A DNA stretch of 64,000 nt from positions 61,612 to 125,611 of the forward strand of contig JAWCMS010000001.1 of assembly GCA_038849525.1 (NCBI GenBank), written 5' to 3'. A program made the position numbers and the translations under genes. The notes beneath the pieces are model-generated. The model was not told the origin of the DNA. It saw nothing but the letters and a program-made list of their open reading frames with translations, and did no database searches. Positions 28,644 through 37,132 of the stretch are shown one piece after another (the first letter of the stretch is position 1; every line of letters starts with the position of its first letter). The DNA is from Candidatus Pacearchaeota archaeon (GTDB taxonomy: Archaea; Nanobdellota; Nanobdellia; Pacearchaeales; JAHJTO01).

Positions 28644-29261
28644 TTACTTTTCTTTATATTCTATATCTAAGTTAAGAAGCTCTTTTGTTTTCAATTCAAA
28701 AGTTTTATTTTTTTTCATTTTTTTATCTATGTTTATTACTGCCTTGTTATTTTCTATTTTTGTCTCTACATTTCCAAGAAAAAATTCTGCTAGAGTTTTT
28801 AGCTTTTCTTCTTTGTCTTCGATAAGACGTAAAACCTTAAATTCATAAACTACTTTTTTTCCCGCTAATGGAGAATTAAAATCAGTTATTACTCTCCCCC
28901 CCGAAACTGAAATAATTCTAGCAAGAATACCATCTACATTTAAAACTAATCCAGGATAAGGATTAACATTTTTTTCTGTAAATACAGACAAAGGTATTAC
29001 TCTTATCAGTTTGGAATCTCTTAAACCGAATGCTTTTTTTGGCTCCAATTCTATAGAATACAATTTGCCGACTTCCTTACCTTCGAGTGCTTCATCAAAA
29101 CCTTCAGGAAGCATTTTTTCTCCTATACATAATTTCAATGGTTTGACTTCTTTTAATCCAATTTTTTTTGCATCTTTCTCGATTGTTGTATCGAAAATTT
29201 GTCCTGATTCTTTGATTTTTCCTGTAAATTCTATTTCAATAAAATCTTTTTTCTTTAACAT
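28644..29261 (-). CDS. FKBP-type peptidyl-prolyl isomerase (SlyD-like)
   Basis: IFDTT, GFDEAL, AFGLRD, DFNSPLAGK; likely ATG 29261. Confidence 0.9.
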   Translation of the reverse strand: MLKKKDFIEIEFTGKIKESGQIFDTTIEKDAKKIGLKEVKPLKLCIGEKMLPEGFDEALEGKEVGKLYSIELEPKKAFGLRDSKLIRVIPLSVFTEKNVNPYPGLVLNVDGILARIISVSGGRVITDFNSPLAGKKVVYEFKVLRLIEDKEEKLKTLAEFFLGNVETKIENNKAVINIDKKMKKNKTFELKTKELLNLDIEYKEK

Positions 29262-29312
29262 TAAAGGCAAAAATAAAAAAGATTTATAAATGTTATTTCT
29301 CAAAATATATTT

Positions 29313-29702
29313 ATGCCTCTAAAATCTATCACTGCTCATGAAGCAAAACCAGGTACTTATATTTTAATTGATGGTGTTGCATGTGTTGTTAAATCTGTCG
29401 ACATAAGCAAAACAGGAAAGCATGGAGCAAGTAAGGCAAGAATAGAAGCAATTGGAATAATAGATGATAAAAAAAGAGTTCTTGTTAAGCCGGGACATGA
29501 GAAATTTGAGGTTCCGCTTATAGAGAAAAGAAAAGGACAGGTACTTTCTATAGAAAATGAAAATGCTAATTTAATGGATGTTGAAAACTTTGAAACATTT
29601 TTAGTATTTATTCCAAATGAATTAAAAGAAACGATAAAAGAAGGATTACAAGTGGAATACTGGAATGTTGAAGGCCAAAGAATAATAAAGAGGGTATTAT
29701 AA
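29313..29702 (+). CDS. eif5a: Translation factor aIF-5A
   Basis: Hypusine loop SKTGKHGASKAR. Confidence 0.97.
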   Translation: MPLKSITAHEAKPGTYILIDGVACVVKSVDISKTGKHGASKARIEAIGIIDDKKRVLVKPGHEKFEVPLIEKRKGQVLSIENENANLMDVENFETFLVFIPNELKETIKEGLQVEYWNVEGQRIIKRVL

Positions 29703-29705
29703 AAA

Positions 29706-29867
29706 ATGGCGAAGATACCTGCTGCTCAAACAAGATTGTTTAAAAATGTATTTGTTTGCAAAAAATGCAAAACGAAAATAAGAGCGAGTGCTATCAAAAT
29801 AGCAGAAAAAAAAGTGAAATGCAGAAGATGCAAAGGTAGAGCATTTAGACCAATTAAACGCAAATGA
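29706..29867 (+). CDS. rpl40e: 50S ribosomal protein L40e; not in ORF track
   Basis: Hand translation MAKIPAAQTRLFKNVFVCKKCKTKIRASAIKIAEKKVKCRRCKGRAFRPIKRK. Confidence 0.85.
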   Translation: MAKIPAAQTRLFKNVFVCKKCKTKIRASAIKIAEKKVKCRRCKGRAFRPIKRK

Positions 29868-31270
29868 AGTTCATTTATTATGATTTGATTTTTCTTGTAC
29901 TATTCAGTATTATAGTAAGTATATTTCTTTACAAAAATAGAAAAAAGCTTAAAATAGAATCTAAAATTTTATTGCTTTACAAAACTTCTTTTGGTTTAAA
30001 TTTTATAGAAAAAACAAGTTCTAAAGCACCTGGAATTTTTAAAATACTTTCAGTTCTTTCGATAGTCTGTGGTTATTTTCTAATGCTTGGAGGAATTTTT
30101 TTGCTTTTGGAAACAATAAGATTAATATGGACATCTGTTATTGTTCCTAAAGTTCCACCATTAATGCCATTAGTTCCTTATTTGCCTAATTTATTCAAAA
30201 TAGAATTCTTACCTCCATTCTATTTTACTTATTGGATAATTTCTATAGCGATAGTTGCAATAGGCCATGAATTTATGCATGGGGTTTTTGCAAGATTTTA
30301 TAAGATAAAATTAAAATCAACAGGATTTGGATTTTTAGGGCCTTTTTTGGCAGCATTTGTTGAACTTGATGAAAAGATAATGGAAAAAAAATCAGTTAAA
30401 GCGCAACTTGCAGTACTTTCAGGTGGCTCTTTTGCAAATTTAGTAATAGCTATTTTATTTTTCTTTATTTTAAATTTGTTTTTTGCTGTTTCATTTAGCC
30501 AAGCAGGTGTTATTATCCCACAATTAAGTATTGGAGAGGCGACTATTCCAAGCTATATTATGGTTTCGGCTAATATAAGTGAATTTACTTATCAAGATAA
30601 TGCTATAAACCTAACAGAACTTAAGCTTGAAAATAAAACAGAATTTAAACTTGAAAGAGAAGGTGAAAATTATTATTTAACAAAAGAAATTTTAAGTATC
30701 ACTCCAGAAAATTCTTCTGTTTTAATTGTTTATGCTGATACTCCTGCATATCGAATGAAGATAAATGGAACGATACGAAAAATTAATGGAAATGAAATAA
30801 AGAATATGAGTGATTTTCAATATATTCTAAAAGAGTACAAGCCAGGAAATAATATTTCTTTAGAAACAACAGAAGGAAATTATACATTTGAACTTGCAAA
30901 AGATCCTGCAAATGCAAGTAGAGGGATTATTGGAATAGGGTTTCCTCAGGAAACTAGAAAAAGAATTCTTGTAAGTTTTTTTGAAAAAATTATGACAAAA
31001 AAAGACACTTTTACTTATTATGCTCCTAAAGCATATTTTACAATATTCATTTATAATCTTTTGTTATGGATACTTTTAATTAATGTAAGTGTAATGCTAA
31101 TTAACATGCTTCCATTTTCAATATTTGATGGTGGAAGATTTTTTTATTTAACATTACTTGGACTAACAGGCTCAAGAAAAAAAGCAATAAAAGGATTTAA
31201 GATAGTAAATACATTAATTCTATTAATATTTGTAACTCTTATGTTTGTCTGGATTCTAAAATCTTTTTGA
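29864..31270 (+). CDS. Site-2 (M50) intramembrane metalloprotease with PDZ-like insert
   Basis: HEFMH, AFVE, GGSFAN, NMLPFSIFDGG. Confidence 0.93.
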   Translation: MKFIYYDLIFLVLFSIIVSIFLYKNRKKLKIESKILLLYKTSFGLNFIEKTSSKAPGIFKILSVLSIVCGYFLMLGGIFLLLETIRLIWTSVIVPKVPPLMPLVPYLPNLFKIEFLPPFYFTYWIISIAIVAIGHEFMHGVFARFYKIKLKSTGFGFLGPFLAAFVELDEKIMEKKSVKAQLAVLSGGSFANLVIAILFFFILNLFFAVSFSQAGVIIPQLSIGEATIPSYIMVSANISEFTYQDNAINLTELKLENKTEFKLEREGENYYLTKEILSITPENSSVLIVYADTPAYRMKINGTIRKINGNEIKNMSDFQYILKEYKPGNNISLETTEGNYTFELAKDPANASRGIIGIGFPQETRKRILVSFFEKIMTKKDTFTYYAPKAYFTIFIYNLLLWILLINVSVMLINMLPFSIFDGGRFFYLTLLGLTGSRKKAIKGFKIVNTLILLIFVTLMFVWILKSF

Positions 31271-31338
31271 TTGTTGAGACTTCTTGCAAGATATGATTTC
31301 CTTTAAGTTTTTAAATATATTAAGAGTTTTAAAAAGAA

Positions 31339-31445
31339 GGGCCTCTAATTCAATGGTAGAATGCTTCCCTCGCAAGTAAGAAACAATGTTTCTTATCAGT
31401 TTAAGAGAGCGGAAGATGTTCTGGGTTCGATTCCCAGGGGGTCCA
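31339..31445 (+). tRNA. tRNA-Ala(CGC) with 35-nt intron (31375-31409) at position 37/38
   Basis: GGGCCTC/GGGGTCC acceptor with G3:U70; CTTCC/GGAAG anticodon stem; CGC anticodon; T-arm CTGGG TTCGATT CCCAG; intron hairpin TAAGAAAC/GTTTCTTA. Confidence 0.9.
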
Positions 31446-31457
31446 TAATTAAATAAA

Positions 31458-32408
31458 ATGAATCGAAAAACAAAACAAATTCTTGAAAAACAGGGCTATG
31501 CTATTTATGGGGACTTAGCTATACAAATCTGCAGATGGACTAAAAAAAGTCTTTTAAATAAAGGATTTTGCTACAAACAAAAATTTTATGGCATCCAAAG
31601 CCACAGATGTTGTCAGATGTCTCCATGTGTCATGAATTGTCATAATCGATGCCTTCATTGCTGGAGGCCGATTGAATTGAATGAGGGTATCAAAATGAAA
31701 GGAAAAATAATGAAACCTCAAGAGATAATAGAAAAGTGTATTGAAATGCAGAAAAAAATGATTGTTGGTTTTAAAGGAAATGCAAAAACAAATATAAAAA
31801 AATATTCTGAAGCGATGTTTCCAAATCAATTTGCAATTTCATTGTCTGGAGAACCTACCATTTACCCTTATTTAGGTGAGTTAATTGAAGAACTAAAAAA
31901 AAGAAAAATAACATCATTTTTAGTTACAAATGGTTTAAATCCCGATGTTTTGATAAAATTAAACAAAAAAAATCAATTACCTACTCAATTATATCTTTCT
32001 ATGATTGCTTCTAACAAAAATTTATATGATAAATTAATAAGAAGCCAGCTGAAAGATGCATGGAAAAAGTACATGAAAACAATAAAAATATTTCCAAAAC
32101 TAAAAACAAGAAAAGTAATAAGAATAACCTTAATAAAAGATTTGAACATGTCGGATGAGCTCTTAAAAGAATATGCTAAAATTATCAAAATATCAAAACC
32201 AGATTTTATTGAAGTAAAATCTTTTATGTCAGTTGGATTTTCAAGACAAAGATTAGGATATGAAAAAATGCCAGTTCATAAAGAAATAAAAGATTTTTCC
32301 AAAAAACTGGCAAAATTAACTGGATTAAAAATTCTTAATGAAAAAAAAGAATCAAGAGTTGTGCTTCTTGGAAAATCAAAGAAAAATATAAAGATTAAAA
32401 AGATATAA
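31458..32408 (+). CDS. taw1: 4-demethylwyosine synthase Taw1/TYW1 (radical SAM)
   Basis: ICRWTKKSL, CYKQKFYGIQSHRCCQM, CHNRCLHCWR, ISLSGEPT. Confidence 0.95.
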   Translation: MNRKTKQILEKQGYAIYGDLAIQICRWTKKSLLNKGFCYKQKFYGIQSHRCCQMSPCVMNCHNRCLHCWRPIELNEGIKMKGKIMKPQEIIEKCIEMQKKMIVGFKGNAKTNIKKYSEAMFPNQFAISLSGEPTIYPYLGELIEELKKRKITSFLVTNGLNPDVLIKLNKKNQLPTQLYLSMIASNKNLYDKLIRSQLKDAWKKYMKTIKIFPKLKTRKVIRITLIKDLNMSDELLKEYAKIIKISKPDFIEVKSFMSVGFSRQRLGYEKMPVHKEIKDFSKKLAKLTGLKILNEKKESRVVLLGKSKKNIKIKKI

Positions 32409-32431
32409 TTTTTAAGTTATTTAGAACGATA

Positions 32432-33043
32432 TTAAAGTTCAATTATTTTTCCTTCATGGCCTGGATTAAGAATAATTGTTTCTCCAATTTTATCGGTTTT
32501 GCCTTCATTTTCATGAATATGCCCACAAATGCAATAAGCTGGTTGGTTTTTTTCTATAAATTTGCGTATTGATCTTGAACCAGAATATTCATTATATATT
32601 TTATCAAGTTCTGTCTTATATGGTGGCTGATGAGTTACAAGAACAACAGAATATTTATGGTCCTGTAATTTTAATTTTTTTATTGATTCTGCAAATTTTT
32701 TTTCTGACTGTTCAAATTCTGCATGCTTTTTTGTAAATCCTCCGCCACCACATCCAATAAAAAAAACATTACCAATAATGAAATGCTTTAAGTGTATATC
32801 TTTTATTGACTTGAATTCTTTTGAATAAACATAAATTTCTTCAGGGAGTTCATGATTTCCGGGGATAATTAGAAAAGGAATTCCAATATTAAATTTTTTT
32901 AATATTGTTCTTAAACCATATGAAAAATTTGAAATGTCTCCAGCGCATATTATTACATCTGGCTTCCCTATTTTTATTTTCGCCAATAGTTTTTTAATAT
33001 ATTTTGGCTCACCGTGAATATCTGTAAATGCAAAGATTTTCAT
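32432..33043 (-). CDS. Calcineurin-like metallophosphoesterase
   Basis: DIHG, AGD, PGNHE, THQPP, CGHIHE. Confidence 0.92.
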   Translation of the reverse strand: MKIFAFTDIHGEPKYIKKLLAKIKIGKPDVIICAGDISNFSYGLRTILKKFNIGIPFLIIPGNHELPEEIYVYSKEFKSIKDIHLKHFIIGNVFFIGCGGGGFTKKHAEFEQSEKKFAESIKKLKLQDHKYSVVLVTHQPPYKTELDKIYNEYSGSRSIRKFIEKNQPAYCICGHIHENEGKTDKIGETIILNPGHEGKIIEL

Positions 33044-33094
33044 TTTTATTATATATTTTAATTTGCAACTAACTATTTAAATTTGTTTTAAATC

Positions 33095-34192
33095 ATGTTT
33101 GGAATGGTTGAAATATTTAATACAGATTTATGGTCACAAAAAGAAGATAAAAATATTATTCTTTCATCGACCCAAATAAACACCTATATAGGATGTACTT
33201 TATCATATTATTATTACAAAATTGCAAAGATAAAAGTACCTCAGATGCCATATATGGTTTTTGGAGCAGCATTGCATCAAGCGATTGAAGATTTTTATAA
33301 ACTTAATTTCAAGTCTATTGAATCTTTTTGTAGTTATTGGAGATTCCTTTGGCATTATAAAATAAATACTATTGAAAAAGGCAAAGAAAAGAAAAAAACT
33401 AAAATTCCAAAGAATCAATTAACCTTAGACATGGTAATAGATGATACTCCAAGAGAACAGAAGCCTCTTATAGAATTTGGACAAACAAAAAAGAAAAAGG
33501 AGATATTATGGAAAAATAAATGGGCTGAAATAAAAGCTTATAAAATTGCTGGTGAAGAGATTTTAACAAAATTTTGGTATTTTGCTCATCAAAATCCTGA
33601 ACCTATAATGAAAGAGCAAGAATTTGAAATAAATTATGAAGGGCATGATTTAACAGGAATATGGGATAAAATTGATATGAAGAATAACGAAATAAGAATT
33701 ATTGATTACAAATCAGGATTTAGTAAACCTGAAAAAAATTCTATAGAATTTAGGTTTATGCCTCAGCTAACCCTTTATGCTCTTGCTTATAAAATTATTT
33801 ATGGAGAAGAGCCTGGAAAAGTTGGAATTCATCATTTAAGAGAAAGTGAAGAAATAACTAGGGAAATAAATCCTGGCGAGTTTGAGGAATTCACGAGTAG
33901 ATTAAAAAATACTGCAAGAAAAATAAATAATGGCGAATTTTGGAGATATCCTGGATGGCATTGCAAATACTGCAATTATCCATATGTATGCCATAAAACG
34001 CAGTTTAGAAAAGGAGGCAAAGAGATAATCATATATGATGAAACACCGGAATGGAAAGCGTGGGTAAGAAAGCTCACTAAAGACAAAAAGGTTATTGAAA
34101 GAGAAATTGATACAAAATACCTTTCTGAAGAAGGTAAATTAAGATATGTCCACAATACAGATAAAAATAAATTAAGTATAGAAAAAATTTAA
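33095..34192 (+). CDS. PD-(D/E)XK nuclease, Cas4/AddB-like with Fe-S staple
   Basis: SSTQINTYIGC, GAALHQAIE, GIWDKID..IIDYKSG, QLTLYA, CKYCNYPYVC. Confidence 0.85.
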   Translation: MFGMVEIFNTDLWSQKEDKNIILSSTQINTYIGCTLSYYYYKIAKIKVPQMPYMVFGAALHQAIEDFYKLNFKSIESFCSYWRFLWHYKINTIEKGKEKKKTKIPKNQLTLDMVIDDTPREQKPLIEFGQTKKKKEILWKNKWAEIKAYKIAGEEILTKFWYFAHQNPEPIMKEQEFEINYEGHDLTGIWDKIDMKNNEIRIIDYKSGFSKPEKNSIEFRFMPQLTLYALAYKIIYGEEPGKVGIHHLRESEEITREINPGEFEEFTSRLKNTARKINNGEFWRYPGWHCKYCNYPYVCHKTQFRKGGKEIIIYDETPEWKAWVRKLTKDKKVIEREIDTKYLSEEGKLRYVHNTDKNKLSIEKI

Positions 34193-34539
34193 AAGAATAT
34201 TATCCCGTCTTTTGTCAGTGCAGTAAATTTTATTCCAACAGGCATATCTATTAGTGCAGAGATAAGGGCCATATGTTCTTTACCTGTTCCTGAAGCTATT
34301 GATAAAGCGACTTCCATTCCAGAGATTTTTCCTCGCAATTTTTTTAAGAATTCTTCTTTCAATTCTTTAAGAGGTAAGCTTAAATCAACTGAGATAAAAT
34401 CTGCCTGTTTTTCGGAAATAAATTTTTTAGCATAATTATCCCCTAAAAGAATTATTTTCTCCCATTCCCCTCTTTTTATGAGGCCTGCAATTTGACCCCA
34501 TGTTCCTTCTCCTGAAGAAAGAAGTGCAATAAATTCCAT
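34189..34539 (-). CDS. Small Rossmann-like protein, putative stand-alone CARF-like domain
   Basis: Alternating beta/alpha pattern with ALLSSGEGTW and EVALSIASGTGKEHMALISAL resembling CARF motifs I and II; fold inferred. Confidence 0.45.
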   Translation of the reverse strand: MEFIALLSSGEGTWGQIAGLIKRGEWEKIILLGDNYAKKFISEKQADFISVDLSLPLKELKEEFLKKLRGKISGMEVALSIASGTGKEHMALISALIDMPVGIKFTALTKDGIIFF

Positions 34540-34630
34540 ATACTTACTTTCTTTTTATTTTTTATAAATATTTATATAATAAAAAAGTAACAATAGAAGA
34601 ATTTAAGAATTATATTTCATTTTGCAAAAT

Positions 34631-35074
34631 ATGACAGATTTTCCTCTAACTGAGATTACATTAAGGAAATATGAACCCCCTTATGATTTGAATAAACGTG
34701 AATTAGTAAAAAAGATTTGTCTCTCTTTAGGATTATTACAACCTGGAGACTCTAGAGATGTTATAGTTGATATTTTGCTTGTTCTTCTTGAGACTAACAA
34801 GACAAAAAGAGCACTTACTTCTGAAGAAATTAAAAAGAAAGTTATTGAATCAAGAAAAAATTTTAACTGTGAAGAAAAGGGGATTGCTGAAAGTAATATT
34901 CGAAGGCAGTTAAAGAGATTAAGAGATTTACTTCTTATAGAGAAATCTGAAAATAAGTATAGAATTGCTGAATTTCAACCATTGAGCAAAATTTTCGAAG
35001 AAAAAGTAAATAATTTTCTTATTCCTTCTATAACAGCAAGGATAAAAGAGTATCTAAAAGCCATAGAAAGTTAA
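34631..35074 (+). CDS. Winged-HTH protein (putative transcriptional regulator)
   Basis: LSLGLLQPGDSRD, LTSEEI, GIAESNIRRQLKRLRDLLLIEK..YRI; ATG 34631. Confidence 0.7.
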   Translation: MTDFPLTEITLRKYEPPYDLNKRELVKKICLSLGLLQPGDSRDVIVDILLVLLETNKTKRALTSEEIKKKVIESRKNFNCEEKGIAESNIRRQLKRLRDLLLIEKSENKYRIAEFQPLSKIFEEKVNNFLIPSITARIKEYLKAIES

Positions 35075-35178
35075 TTTATCTAATTATTTGTTTATAAAAA
35101 CATTTAAAAATACGTATTTCTGAAAAGGAATATCCGTTTGTACTACCATTTCGTAAAGAATATAGGTAGGAGGTTAAA

Positions 35179-35793
35179 ATGGATTTTCTGAAAGCACTGG
35201 GAGAATTAAGAAAAAGCGAAAAAAGAAAGTTTAATCAAACAGTAGACTTAATAATAAATCTGAAGAATTATGATTTAAGGACAAAACCTATAAATCTTTT
35301 TGTCGAATTGCCATATCCATTTAAAGAAAATAAGATTTGTGGTTTTTTAGAAAATCCTACATCGGAAATTGATAGAACTATTACAAAAGCAGAACTTTTA
35401 AGAATAAATAATAAAAGAGAGATAAAAAAAATCGCAAAGGAATACGATTTCTTTATTGCGAGTATAAAATTAATGCCTCAAATTGCAACTACTTTTGGTA
35501 AGATATTAGGGCCTTTAGGGAAAATGCCAAATCCGAAATTCAATGGTGTTTTGACAAAAGAAGAACCTTCTATTATTAAAGATGTAGTTTCGAAACTAAA
35601 AAAAATGATAAGCATAAGGCCAAAAGAAATCAGCATTAAAATAGCAGTAGGAAAAGAATCTATGACTAACGAGGAAATCAATGAGAATATTAATACAATT
35701 TATAATGCATTATCAAATGTGATAACTAAGGAAAATATTAAATCTGTCTTTTTGAAGTTTACAATGTCAAAACCTGTAAAGATAAAAGTCTAA
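35179..35793 (+). CDS. rpl1: 50S ribosomal protein L1 (uL1)
   Basis: KRKFNQTVDLIINLK, LGPLGKMP, KFTMSKPV; SD GGTAGGAGG. Confidence 0.95.
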   Translation: MDFLKALGELRKSEKRKFNQTVDLIINLKNYDLRTKPINLFVELPYPFKENKICGFLENPTSEIDRTITKAELLRINNKREIKKIAKEYDFFIASIKLMPQIATTFGKILGPLGKMPNPKFNGVLTKEEPSIIKDVVSKLKKMISIRPKEISIKIAVGKESMTNEEINENINTIYNALSNVITKENIKSVFLKFTMSKPVKIKV

Positions 35794-35794
35794 A

Positions 35795-36589
35795 ATGAAA
35801 ACTAAAATAAAAAAACCAAATAAAGAAGTTTCCGTAAAAAAGAAAGAATTATTAAAAGAATTAGTAAATCTTATAGATAAAAATAGGACAATAATTATTT
35901 CTTCAGCATTGAATATTCCTTCTAGTTTATTTCAGAAGATAAGAAAAAACTTGCGTGAAAAAGCAATAATAAAAATTGTTAAAAAAAATTTGGGGGTTAG
36001 AGCATTAGAAGATAATAAAAAGCCTAAAATAAAAGAAATGCAAAAATATGTAGAAGCAAGTACTGCATTTATATTTTCATCGTTAGATCCTTATGAATTA
36101 GCTGCTCTATTTGCAGAAAACAAACAACCTACATTTGCAAAAGCCGGTCAAATTTCTCCTATAGATATTACAATAGAAAAAGGACCTACTGATTTGCCAG
36201 CTGGGCCTGCAATTTCTGAATTGTCAGCAGTCGGATTAAAAGTAGGAGTTGAAGGAGGTAAGATAACAATTAAAGAAACAAAAACTTTGGTTAAAAAAGG
36301 AGAAGTAATATCAAAAAATGTTGCTGATGTTCTCCAAAAACTTGAAATAATGCCATTCACAATAGAAATTTCAGTCTTGGCTGCTTACGATTCAAATGAT
36401 AATAAAATTTATACAAATATTATAATTGATAAAGAAGGTTTCCTGAACAAGTTAAAAGAATGCTATTTTTCAGCATTTAATTTCGCTGTAAATATTGGAT
36501 ATGCTTCAAAAGAGACTATAAATACTATATTAGAAAAAGCAGAAAGAGAAGCTTTAACAATACAAAATTTATTATCAAAAACACAATAA
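35795..36589 (+). CDS. rpl10: 50S ribosomal protein L10/P0 (uL10), C-terminally short
   Basis: FQKIRKNLR, AKAGQISPIDITIEKGPTDLPAGP, LQKLEIMP. Confidence 0.95.
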   Translation: MKTKIKKPNKEVSVKKKELLKELVNLIDKNRTIIISSALNIPSSLFQKIRKNLREKAIIKIVKKNLGVRALEDNKKPKIKEMQKYVEASTAFIFSSLDPYELAALFAENKQPTFAKAGQISPIDITIEKGPTDLPAGPAISELSAVGLKVGVEGGKITIKETKTLVKKGEVISKNVADVLQKLEIMPFTIEISVLAAYDSNDNKIYTNIIIDKEGFLNKLKECYFSAFNFAVNIGYASKETINTILEKAEREALTIQNLLSKTQ

Positions 36590-36598
36590 AAAAATAAA

Positions 36599-36889
36599 AT
36601 GGAAAACATATATGCGGCACTTTTGCTACATAAACTTGGAAAACCAATAGAAGTGAATGCTATAAAGAGGATTATAGAAGCTGCAGGGGGGGTAGCAGAT
36701 GAAAGTAGCATCAAATCGCTTGTAGTTTCTTTAGAAGGAGTTAATATAGAAAAAGCTCTCGAAGAAGCAAAAGCTATGCCTACAGTTTCAGTATCTCCTG
36801 CTACAGGAATAGTAGAGAAGAAAGAAGAGAAGAAAGAAGAACCAAAAGCAGAAATAGCCGCAGAAGGACTTGCAGCACTCTTTGGCTAA
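36599..36889 (+). CDS. rpl12: 50S ribosomal stalk protein P1/L12
   Basis: MENIYAALLLH, AAEGLAALFG. Confidence 0.97.
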   Translation: MENIYAALLLHKLGKPIEVNAIKRIIEAAGGVADESSIKSLVVSLEGVNIEKALEEAKAMPTVSVSPATGIVEKKEEKKEEPKAEIAAEGLAALFG

Positions 36890-37011
36890 TTAAAATCAGA
36901 AAGCCAAAGAGTCGAAAGCTTTTAGAGAGTGATATATTTAGTTAGAGAGCTTATCTATTTCAAATTGTTTTCTAATTAACTTTAAATAATCACAAAATTT
37001 TTTATTATTGT

Positions 37012-37093
37012 GCCCGGATGGCCCAACGGTACGGCGCAGGCCTTGAGAGCCTGTTTCCTTCGGGATTTCCAGGTTCGACTCCTGGTCCGGGCG
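37012..37093 (+). tRNA. tRNA-Ser(UGA)
   Basis: GCCCGGA/TCCGGGC acceptor, G discriminator; CAGGC CT TGA GA GCCTG; long variable arm TCC TTCG GGA; T-arm CCAGG TTCGACT CCTGG. Confidence 0.95.
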
Positions 37094-37132
37094 TTTCTAA
37101 ACATTTAAAATCTATATAATTATTATAATAAC

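Noticed and set aside
32432-35074. CRISPR-Cas locus suggested by Cas4-like and CARF-like genes
   Set aside because: No repeat-spacer array and no cas1, cas2, cas10 or other cas genes in the window.
37012-37093. tRNA with TGA in the anticodon loop and a long variable arm, as a possible selenocysteine or suppressor tRNA
   Set aside because: Anticodon UGA reads UCA (Ser); tRNA-Sec has anticodon UCA and a longer acceptor stem. This has a standard 7-bp stem and is ordinary tRNA-Ser.
31339-37093. Integrated mobile element between tRNA-Ala and tRNA-Ser
   Set aside because: No integrase and no duplicated tRNA 3' end (att site) seen; the interval holds core genes (taw1, uL1, uL10, P1).
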